Origin: Vicinamibacteria bacterium
GTDB lineage: Bacteria > Acidobacteriota > Vicinamibacteria > Marinacidobacterales > Marinacidobacteraceae
Assembly (NCBI GenBank): GCA_964291235.2
Contig: OZ219815.1
Span: 1,088,001 to 1,152,000, forward strand
Direction of reading: 5' to 3'
Length of the DNA: 64,000 nucleotides
In this document: piece by piece, positions 19,255 to 28,087 of the stretch
How the letters are laid out: each line of letters opens with the position of its first letter
Position numbering within the stretch: the first letter of the stretch is position 1
The notes under the pieces: generated by a model
What the model saw: only the letters and a program-made list of their open reading frames with translations
Databases searched by the model: none
What the model was told of the DNA's origin: nothing
Position numbers and translations under genes: made by a program

Positions 19255-20517
19255 TCAAGGCCCCAAAGCACCGCACGGGATCACGGAGACCCCGTCGCTC
19301 CGCCGGTATCCGTAACCGCTCCCCACAATCACTCCCAGGGCCGCCGGTTTGCCGACCGCGGTCGTGTCCACGCGTTGTGCGAACTGAAGCAGGTTCGCGG
19401 CTGCCTCTTCGACCCGACCCGTCCCCAGCTTGATCTCGAATCCAGCCCAGCGGCCGGGACTCGCCTCCACAATGGCATCGACCTCAAGGTCTGTGTTGTC
19501 CCGGTAGTGGTACACCCTCGCTCTGGCGGCCTGGGCATAGATGCGCAGGTCACGGATGACCATGGATTCGAACAGGAAGCCGAACCACTCGAAATCCGTG
19601 AGCAGGCGGTCAGGTCCAGCGCCCAGCGCCGCCACCGCAAGAGAGGGATCCACGAAATGGCGTTTCGGCGAGGTCCGCAGCCGGGACCGGGAACGGAGCC
19701 GCGGCGCCCAGGCCGGCTGGTCTTCGACGACCATCAGTCTCTCGAGCGCCGCCAGGTACCCGCGAGCGGTAGGCGGCTTCAAGTGGTCGTCCGGTCCGTT
19801 GGCGTCGCGGGTGATCGTCGCCAGTGAAGCGCAGGTGGCCACGTTGCGACCGAGTGACTGAAGGAAGCGCCGCACCCTCTCGGGATCACGCCGGATTCCG
19901 TCCACGCGTTCAAGATCTGCCCGGCAGACATCTTCCAGATAGTCCCGGTTGGCCTGCAGGGCGGCATGGGTGGGCGAACTGAGCTGTCCGGGCCAGCCAC
20001 CGGCGCACACGAGTTCCGCCAGCTCTTGGGCGGAAAGCTGTGCCTCTTCTGCGGCTGTCGGCTCTCCGTCAAGAAGAGCGCCCAGGGAAATCTCGCCGGT
20101 GGAGCGGCCAAGTTCCGATAGGGACATCGGGCGTAACCGGAGGCGGCTTATCCTCCCGGCCCCGGTGTGCCAGGTCGTGTCGTCGGGGGGGACCGCCGAG
20201 CCGGTCAGAATGAACTGATTGGACGCGCGACGCTCGTCAACAGCCCGCCTGACGTGGTTCCACAGGACCGGAGCGAGTTGCCATTCGTCAATTAGCCGGG
20301 GCGTCTCCCCTTTGAGAACCAGCCTTGGGTCCACGGCGAGCGCTTCGCGCGCCTTCTGATCCACATCCAGCAGCACCTCGCTCGCCGAGGCGTGCCGCCC
20401 CGTCTCGGTTTTGCCGCAGGCTCGGGCACCCTCCACCAGGACGGCGCCCGCGGAGGTGAGACGGTCGGCGAGTTCTCGATCAGCGATGCGAGGACGGTAG
20501 TTTTGTACTTTGGGCAA
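19255..20517 (-). CDS. AAA_14 / DUF4143 family ATP-binding protein
   Basis: GARACGKT, LIDEWQ, ILTGSA, GGWP, PKRHFVDPS, EVDAIV…FEIKLG. Confidence 0.9.
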   Translation of the reverse strand: MPKVQNYRPRIADRELADRLTSAGAVLVEGARACGKTETGRHASASEVLLDVDQKAREALAVDPRLVLKGETPRLIDEWQLAPVLWNHVRRAVDERRASNQFILTGSAVPPDDTTWHTGAGRISRLRLRPMSLSELGRSTGEISLGALLDGEPTAAEEAQLSAQELAELVCAGGWPGQLSSPTHAALQANRDYLEDVCRADLERVDGIRRDPERVRRFLQSLGRNVATCASLATITRDANGPDDHLKPPTARGYLAALERLMVVEDQPAWAPRLRSRSRLRTSPKRHFVDPSLAVAALGAGPDRLLTDFEWFGFLFESMVIRDLRIYAQAARARVYHYRDNTDLEVDAIVEASPGRWAGFEIKLGTGRVEEAAANLLQFAQRVDTTAVGKPAALGVIVGSGYGYRRSDGVSVIPCGALGP

Positions 20518-20633
20518 AGCGCTGTGGTTCTATTGAGGGAACTTGGAAAGAGAAATTAGCGAGTCAACAGATGTTTTGCAACGATTACAACATCACTTTC
20601 GCAATAACTTCAACGACTGATTTGCAATAACAA

Positions 20634-20807
20634 ACGGCGGCGCGCAGTGCTGGGTATCGATGGAGGCGGCGGTGATCTTCGGTCCTCACCGTCGTGACCG
20701 TCCTGCCCCTAGTCGTCGTCCCGGTCACCTACGACAGGCTTGCGGACGCGGTCACTCGCTGGCGCAAGAGGCACACCGCCGAGGACCCTCCATCCAGCGG
20801 GACCTGA
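20634..20807 (+). pseudogene. Degenerate duplicate of the 3' end of the RND permease gene
   Basis: Aligns by eye to 18565-18774 (GCGGTGATCTTCGG, CTCACCGTCG, GTCCCGGTCACCTACGACAG, CTGGCGCAAG, CCCTCCAYCC…stop) with indels. Confidence 0.8.
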
Positions 20808-20869
20808 GAAAAGGACACCGGCGGGTTCACCCGGCGGCGGGATAGCATTTCCGGGTTCCACCGGACCCC

Positions 20870-20956
20870 GGAGGGGTGCAAGAGTGGCTGAATTGGCCAG
20901 CCCGGAAAGCTGGTGTACCGGCAACGGTACCGTGGGTTCGAATCCCACCCCCTCCG
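20870..20956 (+). tRNA. tRNA-Ser(GGA)
   Basis: GGAGGGG/CCCCTCC acceptor stem, CCAGC-CCGGAAA-GCTGG anticodon arm, long variable arm, GTTCGAATC T-loop; CCA not encoded (CCG follows). Confidence 0.95.
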
Positions 20957-20984
20957 CCGGTTGGGGGTTCCGATCCTCGGCGTT

Positions 20985-21782
20985 ATGAGTGTGGATCGCA
21001 TCCGTAGCGAAGACGTGTTGCGGGTCCTGACGCCGATCTGGACCCGCATCCCCGAGACCGCCCGCCGCGTCCGGCAGCGAATCCGTGCCGTGCTCCGTTG
21101 GTCCTGGGCGCACGGCTACGTGTCGGAGAACGTGGCCGGCGAGGGGATAGACGGCGCGCTCCCGGCCATGCCGCACGTCAAGGAGCACTTCCGGGCGCTG
21201 CCGTACCAGGAGGTGGCTGCGGCGCTTACGACCGTGGAGAAGTCGCGAGCGAGCAAGGCGGTGAAACGTTGCCCCCGGTTCCTGATCCTGACCGCTGCTC
21301 GATCAGGGGAGGTGCGAGGCGCCACGTGGGCTGAAATCGACCTTGACGCACGGGAATGGCGGATTCCCGGTGGGCGCATGAAGGGGGGCCGAGAGCATCG
21401 CGTTCCGCTGTCTGACGCGGCGCGGGACATCCTCGTGCGGGCAAGGGGGCTGGAGGACGGGAGCGGACTGGTCTTCCCCTCGCCGACGCGGACGGGCCGA
21501 CCGCTCAGCAACATGGCCCTGACGAAAATCCTCCGCGATCAAGAGCTCGCCGACCGGGCGACCGTGCACGGTTTCCGGAGCGCCTTCCGGGATTGGTGCG
21601 CGGAAACGGGGAAACCGCGGGAAATCGCGGAGGCCGCGCTGGCTCACACGGTTGGGGGAGTCGAGGGCGCCTATTTCCGCTCGGATCTGTACGCGCGGCG
21701 GCGCGTGCTCATGGACCAGTGGGCGGAGTTCCTGGCCGGGACCGAGGCGAAGGTCGCGCGGCTGTATCGAACCCGATCTTGA
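20985..21782 (+). mobile_element. P4-like tyrosine integrase, N-terminally truncated (no arm-binding domain)
   Basis: TARRVRQRI, TAARSGE, RMK…HRVPLS, HGFRSAFRDW, LAH, AY; begins right after tRNA-Ser, about 265 aa. Confidence 0.85.
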
Positions 21783-21789
21783 TCCTCGG

Positions 21790-22441
21790 GACGGCGGGGT
21801 GTTGCCGTCGGGACAGCGCCATGAGGTGCAGCAAGACAGTGTCCATCAGGGCGAAGCGGTCGCTTTAGAGGTTCCTTGAGGGTGTGGGGCCGAAGACATC
21901 CTTCGCGTCCACGTCGTCTACTCGCCGCGCGAGGTCGTGGACGTGCTCGCCGGCTACGGGATCCGGCCGCGGCTGGCGCTCGCGCTCCCGTAGGGTTTCC
22001 AATGGGGGCTTTCCGGGCGGACTTCCGGCGCTACTGGCGGTTCGGTTCCTTCTGCGGGGTGCGCTTCCGGCGGAGCACGAAACTCCCCGCGGCGTCTCTT
22101 CCTTCCAGGGGCAGCACTTCCAGCCTCCATCGCTTCGCGTCGAACGGCGCGCGCGGCGACGGTCCGCTTTCTCCCGACCTCGCCTTCGCCACCAGGGCCT
22201 CAACGTCTTCCCGCAGTTCCGCTATTTCGGTCGCGGTCCAGCCCTCGTCTGGAAGGTCGGGCACGATCTCCTCGAAGCGGCACCACCACCGACGCCCACC
22301 GTGCGGGCGGTGGCGCAGATCGTCTCCGAACCCTCGGAGCCGGGCGGCTACCTCGAAGGCGAGTGGCAGGACATCGACCTGCTGGGCTGCATCTTCCCGG
22401 AGGGCGGCCAGAAGTCGAACCTTGGGGTCCCCAACTTGTGA
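21790..22441. pseudogene. Gene debris within the island, including a remnant metzincin-cassette C-terminus (DIDLLGCIFPEGG)
   Basis: 22370-22409 GACATCGACCTGCTGGGCTGCATCTTCCCGGAGGGCGGC matches the ends of cassettes 2 and 3; short broken ORFs on both strands. Confidence 0.45.
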
Positions 22442-22454
22442 TACTAGTGGCGTT

Positions 22455-23603
22455 GTGTTGTGCGTTATTTGGGTGCTTGCCGCCCTCTTGTTCGTCGGCT
22501 GCGGCGGCGGCACGGACAGCACGCCCGCCGCGTCGCCCACTACCCCGGCGCCCGCGCCCGCGCCGCCCCCCCCGCCGCCCGAAGACCTGGTCGTTCCGGC
22601 CGCCGAAGCGGGAAAGGTCGCGCCCGACCGGATCGCGCTCACGCTCACTTCGGAGGCGGAAACCCCGCTTCCCGACACGGCCTACCAGTGGATCACGGAC
22701 GAGCACTCGGGCTGGGTGTTTCCCGCCGAGGGCCGCACGGACGACGAGGGCAGAATCGACGCTACCTGGATCCCCGGGTTGCCCGGGGTGGGGGAGCTGA
22801 CCCTGGAGTTCGAGGAGGCGGGGGAAGAGAGGACGTTTGAGTTCCAGACGTTCAGCGTGGCGCCCCCGGCGCCGCCGTGGGCTCAGGTTGTGCTCCGGCT
22901 CAACCAACCTTGGGTGGCGACCGGGTATTCCATCGACATGACTCCCCTGGCGGACCCGGCCGGGACGTACTACGTCGCAACGGGCTGGTCGCCCGCGGGC
23001 TACGCGGGCCTCCAGCGGGGCGGAACCCTCTTCGACCACCAGTTGCAGTTCTCCATGTGGGACGCCGAGGACGGTGAAGCGGAGGTTGTCGAGACGGCCG
23101 ACGGGACGGTTTGCCGCCGCTTCGACCACGAAGGGCATGGGGTCCAGTGCTCCGCGGAGTATCCGTGGTCGGTCGGCCCGACCTACCGCTTCGAGATCAC
23201 CGAGGTCCTTTCGGACGGGAACAGCCTCGTTTCGCTGCGCGTGACCGACCTCGCAACCGGGGACGAACGCTACATCGGCACCCTCTCGCGCCCCGGTTCG
23301 ATGGGCGATACTGGACTGTACACGTTCAACGAGGACTTCCGGCGCGACGCGCCGACCTGCCTCGACCAGCAGGTGCGCGCGGTCGCTTTCCGTCGAGCGA
23401 TGGTCCGCACGAACGCGATGGAATGGGTCCCGGTCGGGTCCGGGACCCCGTACCCCGAGGAAGATTCCGAGAACCCCGGAACTCCGGCTTGCGCCAATTT
23501 CGCCGTGGAGCCGGGTCCCGATGGTCTGGAGTTGGTGATGGGCGGCACCACGATCAGCGACCCCCACGGCACCCGGTTCTTCGTCATTCCCGAGGGGGGC
23601 TGA
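22455..23603 (+). CDS. Array cassette 1: lipoprotein with a probable Ig-like domain and a DUF3472-like domain
   Basis: FVGC lipobox, poly-Pro, TYYVATGW…GYAGLQ…QFSMWD…EGHG…YPW..G.TYRF; start uncertain. Confidence 0.7.
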   Translation: MLCVIWVLAALLFVGCGGGTDSTPAASPTTPAPAPAPPPPPPEDLVVPAAEAGKVAPDRIALTLTSEAETPLPDTAYQWITDEHSGWVFPAEGRTDDEGRIDATWIPGLPGVGELTLEFEEAGEERTFEFQTFSVAPPAPPWAQVVLRLNQPWVATGYSIDMTPLADPAGTYYVATGWSPAGYAGLQRGGTLFDHQLQFSMWDAEDGEAEVVETADGTVCRRFDHEGHGVQCSAEYPWSVGPTYRFEITEVLSDGNSLVSLRVTDLATGDERYIGTLSRPGSMGDTGLYTFNEDFRRDAPTCLDQQVRAVAFRRAMVRTNAMEWVPVGSGTPYPEEDSENPGTPACANFAVEPGPDGLELVMGGTTISDPHGTRFFVIPEGG

Positions 23604-24643
23604 TGCGCCGCCTCCTGCTCGTCGCCCTGCTCGCCGCCGGCTGCGGCGGGGGCACCGACGGCCAGCCCGTCGCGCCGCCCACCACCCCGGCCCCCGCTCC
23701 CGAGCCGGAGCCGGCGCCACCGCCACCCCCACCGCCGGAGCCGCCGCCTGCCCCGACCGGCATCCGGGTGGCGGAAGTGGGCCAGGACTTCATCGTGTGG
23801 GAATGGGACCCGGTGGAGGGCGCGACCGGCTACGAACTGGAAGTGTTCCCGACCGAACTGTCCATCGCCACCGAGGAACTCACCGTCCGGGTGGAGGGGC
23901 TGGAGCCGGACACGGAGTTCGTGATTTACGTGCGGGCGGTGCGGGAGACGGCGGGCGGACGCGCGGCGGGGCCGTGGTCGGCGCCCAGCCCCGTGAAGAC
24001 CTGGGGCGAGCCGAGGGTCTGCACGGACGAACTCCGACGCGCCCGGGGTTTCGGGGACGCCAGGCTGCCGCGCGAGTGGAATGGGACGCCCTTCCGCGTG
24101 GACCTGTACGACCACTTCCCGGAGATCGCGGGCATCGGCTACCCGGAGAGCCAACTGGCGGTGGTCCAGGAATTCGCCGACCGGATCGAGGAACAGATCG
24201 GCTACCCGATCATCGGGGCGGGGAGCGTCATTCCCGTGCCGGAGAACATGCCGAAAGGCTGGAACCGTCCATCGACAAACAACCTGCCGAACTGCGGGCG
24301 ACGGAAACGGCACCAGATCCTCGGGGTTCACCTAAGCGCGTCGCCGCGAGGGCATAGCGGTGGCGGTGGGTTCCGTGCGTTCCCGCGATGTGCGGTGTTG
24401 GAGTATTGGGTGGGCGAGGATTCACCGTCCGATTCCGCATGGGGCCGCACGGTTGTCCGTCACGAACTGTTCCATCTGTTCGGCTTCGGACACAGCCTGG
24501 AGACGCACCCGCACGAGGCGGACCTTGGCGGCGTCCCGATGTCGCCGGAGTTGACGGTGCCCGAAGATTACGGCCTTGCGATCTTCGCCCCCACGTTCGA
24601 CGACATCGACGCGCTGCGCTGCATCTTCCCGGAGGGGGGCTGA
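23603..24643 (+). CDS. Array cassette 2: lipoprotein with FN3 domain and metzincin zinc metallopeptidase-like domain
   Basis: AAGC lipobox; PPAPTG…W…GY…GLEPDTEF…VRAV…GPWS (FN3); HELFHLFGFGH followed by a Met-turn-like PMS. Confidence 0.8.
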   Translation: MRRLLLVALLAAGCGGGTDGQPVAPPTTPAPAPEPEPAPPPPPPPEPPPAPTGIRVAEVGQDFIVWEWDPVEGATGYELEVFPTELSIATEELTVRVEGLEPDTEFVIYVRAVRETAGGRAAGPWSAPSPVKTWGEPRVCTDELRRARGFGDARLPREWNGTPFRVDLYDHFPEIAGIGYPESQLAVVQEFADRIEEQIGYPIIGAGSVIPVPENMPKGWNRPSTNNLPNCGRRKRHQILGVHLSASPRGHSGGGGFRAFPRCAVLEYWVGEDSPSDSAWGRTVVRHELFHLFGFGHSLETHPHEADLGGVPMSPELTVPEDYGLAIFAPTFDDIDALRCIFPEGG

Positions 24644-25359
24644 TGCGACGCTGGGCACTCGCGGCCCTGCTCGCGGCCGGCTGCGGGACGGGCACGGACG
24701 GCAAGCCGGTCGCACCGCCCACCACCCCGGAGCCGGCGCCGGCCCCGCCACCGCCACCACCGGAACCGAGGGTCTGCGCCGACGAGCGGGAGCACGCGCT
24801 GGCGTTCGGAGCCGTCCTGGTCGAAGAGTGGGACGGCACGCCGTTCCGCGCCTACTTTGACGAAACGATCCCCGAGAGTGAGCGGGCGATGATGGAGTAC
24901 TCCATCGAGGTCGTGGAGCGGCTGTCGAAGCGGCTCGAAGCCCAGCTTGGCTACCCGATCCTCGAAGTGGCCGGCTGGATCGGGGAAGACGAGCGGGGAT
25001 TCGGGATTCGGAATGATGGCTGGGTCGCGGACTGCCGAGGCGTGCGCCCGGGGGGGATCGTCACCACCGTCATCCCGGTCCCGGCGGGCGGTGCGAGGGC
25101 TCTCACCGGCTGCGGCGTGGTCGCCTGGGTCGGCAACGTGATCTACATGAGCGGCGACGGCGCGATGCCGCACGAAATCTTCCACCTGCTCGGGTTCGCC
25201 CACTCGCCGGGCTCGCCCCCGGACGTGTCGAAATCGCCGCCGGGGGTGGGGGTTACCATGTCTCTGCCGCTCACTATGGTCCGCGAGTCCGGCAGGACCT
25301 TGGGCGTTACCTTCGAGGACGTGGACGCGCTGCGCTGCATCTTCCCGGAGGAGGGCTGA
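24643..25359 (+). CDS. Array cassette 3: lipoprotein with metzincin-like domain (no FN3)
   Basis: AAGC lipobox; EPRVC…EWDGTPFR; HEIFHLLGFAH…MS; ends DVDALRCIFPEEG. Confidence 0.8.
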   Translation: MRRWALAALLAAGCGTGTDGKPVAPPTTPEPAPAPPPPPPEPRVCADEREHALAFGAVLVEEWDGTPFRAYFDETIPESERAMMEYSIEVVERLSKRLEAQLGYPILEVAGWIGEDERGFGIRNDGWVADCRGVRPGGIVTTVIPVPAGGARALTGCGVVAWVGNVIYMSGDGAMPHEIFHLLGFAHSPGSPPDVSKSPPGVGVTMSLPLTMVRESGRTLGVTFEDVDALRCIFPEEG

Positions 25360-25360
25360 A

Positions 25361-26504
25361 ATGCACCGACTACTGCTCGTCGCCCTGCTGCTCGCCGGCT
25401 GCGGCGGCGGCACGGACAGCACGCCCGTCGCACCCACCACCCCGGCCCCGGCCCCGCCGCCGCCCCCCCCCCCCGCCCGAAGACCTGGTCGTTCCGGACG
25501 CCGAAGCCGGAAAGGTCGCGCCCGACCGGATCGCGCTCACGCTCACTTCGGAGGCGGGCGTCCCGCTTCCCGACACGGCCTACCAGTGGACCACGGACGA
25601 GCACTCGGGCTGGGTGTTTCCCGCCGAGGCCCGCACGAACGACAAGGGCGAGATCGACGCTGCCTGGATCCCCGGGTTTCCCGGCGTGGGGAAGCTGACC
25701 CTGGAGTTCGAGGAGGCGGGGGAAGAGAGGACGCTTGAGTTCCAGACGTTCAGCGTGGCGCCCCCGAGACCGCCGTGGGCTCACCTGACGCTCTGGCTCG
25801 ACAATCGTCGGGGGGCGACCGGCTACTCCGTCGACATGACTCCCCTGGCGGACCCGGTCGGGACGTACTACGTCGCAACGGGCTGGTCGCCCGGGGGCTA
25901 CGCGGGCCTCCAGCGGGACGGGCTCATTTTCCACCGGCAGTTGCAGTTCTCCGCGTGGGACGCCGAGGACGGCACGGAGGCGGCGGTAGTCGAGACGGCC
26001 GACGGGGTGGTTTGCCAACGCTTCGACCACGAAGGGCATGGGGTCGAGTGCTCCGCGGAGTATCCGTGGTCGGTCGGCCAGACCTACCGCTTCGAGATCA
26101 CCGAGGTCCTTGCGGACGGGAACAGCCTCGTTTCGCTGCGCGTAACCGACCTCGCAACCGGGGACGAACGCTTCATCGGAACCCTCTCGCGCCGCGGTCG
26201 GTTGGGCAGTAGTGGCTTGTACACGTTCAACGAGACCTTTCAGCGCGACGCGCCGACCTGCCTCGACCAGCCGGTGCGAGCGGTCGCTTTCCGTCGAGCG
26301 ATGGCCCGCACGAACGCGATGGAATGGGTCCCGGTCGGGTCCGGAACCCCGTACCCCGTGGAAGATTCCGGGAACCCCGGAACTCCGGCTTGCGCCAATT
26401 TCGCCGTGGAGCCGGGTCCCGATGGTCTGGAGCTGGTGATGGGCGGCACCACGATCAGCGACCCCCACGGCACCCGGTTCTTCGTCATTCCCGAGGGCGG
26501 CTGA
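25361..26504 (+). pseudogene. Array cassette 4: DUF3472-like lipoprotein paralog of cassette 1, out of frame at a C12 tract
   Basis: LAGC lipobox from ATG 25361; C run 25463-25474; downstream frame closely matches cassette 1; removing one C restores a single ORF. Confidence 0.75.
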
Positions 26505-26538
26505 TGCGCCGCCTCCTGCTCGCCGCCCTGCTCGCCGA
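26504..26538 (+). pseudogene. Truncated start of a fifth cassette (MRRLLLAALLA)
   Basis: TGATGCGCCGCCTCCTGCTCGCCGCCCTGCTCGCCG is nearly identical to the cassette 2 start and breaks off before the lipobox. Confidence 0.6.
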
Positions 26539-26799
26539 GGGCATGAAGGGGGGCCGTTCGTACCAGTTGTCGTGCTTCCCGGTGAGACGTCGCCGCCAGG
26601 CAACCTGGCGGGCGCTCACCGTGGTACCCGGTGCGGCCCATGAACGCGGCTCCTGGCCGTTCACCGGTGGCCAGCAGACCCGGCGCACCAAGATTCCCCG
26701 CCCCGGGTCACGTCGGCGGGGTCTCCCCAGTAGGTGTCGCCGTCGCACCGGACTGGGTGCCGCCGCACTCGACACACAGCTGCTGGTTCCTCGGGGCGC

Positions 26800-27132
26800 T
26801 CATGTTGCGTTCTCCGGGCCGACCGGTTCGGCCTTCCAGATCTTCCGGAAGGTGATGCCGATGGTGCCGCGCTGGACGAGCCAGGCGCACACGCACGCGG
26901 TCCAGGTGAACTCCCCCCGGAAACTGAAGCTGGTATGCACGATCTCGCGAAGCGCGGCCCCGAGCAGAAGGACGAATAGCACGAAGAACGGCCAGGCAAG
27001 ATAGCGCAGGGCGCGGTGCCCCCGCCGCCGGAGCGCGCGGAGCGGCACTCCGAAGGCGAGCCCCAACCCAAGAGCCGCGAAGGTGGCGACCAACACTTCG
27101 GTGACGGCATAGGTGATGAGGACGTGACTCAA
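26800..27132 (-). CDS. Small hypothetical membrane protein (tandem paralog B)
   Basis: Probable TTG start overlapping the upstream stop; about 3 TM; shares LRALRRRGHRALRYLAWPF and AWLVQRG…WKAEPVGPE with its neighbour. Confidence 0.6.
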   Translation of the reverse strand: MSHVLITYAVTEVLVATFAALGLGLAFGVPLRALRRRGHRALRYLAWPFFVLFVLLLGAALREIVHTSFSFRGEFTWTACVCAWLVQRGTIGITFRKIWKAEPVGPENAT

Positions 27133-27446
27133 ACCTCGGCCTCCGGGCCGACCGGCTCGGCCTTCCAGGTCTTGCGGAACGTGGTACGGATGCTGCCGCG
27201 CTGGACGAGCCAAGCCCAAAAGCAGGCGTCCAACATGAGTCCGGAGGAGATGCCCGTGGCTTCGCGGAAAATCATCGCGAGAAGCAGGATGAACAGCCCG
27301 ATGAACGGCCAGGCGAGATAGCGCAGGGCGCGGTGCCCCCGGCGCCGGAGCGCCCGGAGCACCGCCCCGAGGGCGAGCCCCAAGCCGAGACCCGCGAACG
27401 TGACGATCAGCAGGTGCGCAATGGCATGAATGGCGACGACTCTCAT
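27129..27446 (-). CDS. Small hypothetical membrane protein (tandem paralog A)
   Basis: ATG with GGAG RBS; conserved blocks shared with paralog B. Confidence 0.6.
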   Translation of the reverse strand: MRVVAIHAIAHLLIVTFAGLGLGLALGAVLRALRRRGHRALRYLAWPFIGLFILLLAMIFREATGISSGLMLDACFWAWLVQRGSIRTTFRKTWKAEPVGPEAEV

Positions 27447-28087
27447 CGCATCTCCCTGATCGGCTCGGGCCGGTAGTAGAGCCAGTCGCTCCACGGTCCC
27501 GCCTTGAGAGCGGAGCGGTCCCCCAGCACGTCCGGGCAGAAGAGCCCAGCGACCTGGAGCCCCAAATCGGTCTGACCCTGCCGGTCGTTCGTCAGGCGAA
27601 CGGATATGGGAGCCCCCCCTTGAACCGCCTCCCGCGGGTGGTTAACCGCGAGTGTCCGAAGCCGAACAGGTGGAAGGTCTCGTGGGCCAGCCAGCGATTC
27701 CTGGCCGTCCGCCAATCCCATCAGGATCGCGGGGGACAGCATTCCCGCACTCCGTCGCATGTCATTCATCTCGGGTACCCGGTAGGCCATCCGGGGCGTG
27801 TCATATTCAGCAAACATTGCGTATAAATAGCGCACAATCAACGATTTCCACAGAACAAAATTGTAAGGTGCCCGGCGACACGGCACAAACGGGATTCCGT
27901 GTCGCCGCGAGACCTTCTGCGCGCGGGTGGGGACGGCGTGTTGCTCTGCGGGCCGGGACGCTTCCGCGTTCGGGGCGGCTTCGTCGTCCCACCACCGACA
28001 TGCCCCCGATCACGGCGGCGGGTTGACCGCACCCGACGCACCGCCGTACGCTGCCTTCGTCAGTCCCCGACAGCCAAGGAGAGAGTT

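Noticed and set aside
20913-20984. Integrase ORF starting at 20913
   Set aside because: That start lies inside tRNA-Ser; the extension is translated tRNA sequence.
22455-26504. Cassettes 1 and 4 as a DGR template/variable pair
   Set aside because: Differences are not adenine-specific (e.g. CGG/TGG, CCT/CGT, GTT/CTG) and there is no reverse transcriptase in the window.
20985-26538. Classical integron
   Set aside because: The integrase is P4-like without a recognisable IntI insertion, and the cassettes overlap or nearly abut at stop/start, leaving no room for attC sites.
26556-28080. attR copy of the tRNA-Ser 3' end
   Set aside because: No match to TTCGAATCCCACCCCCTCCG was found by eye, so the right boundary of the island is undefined.
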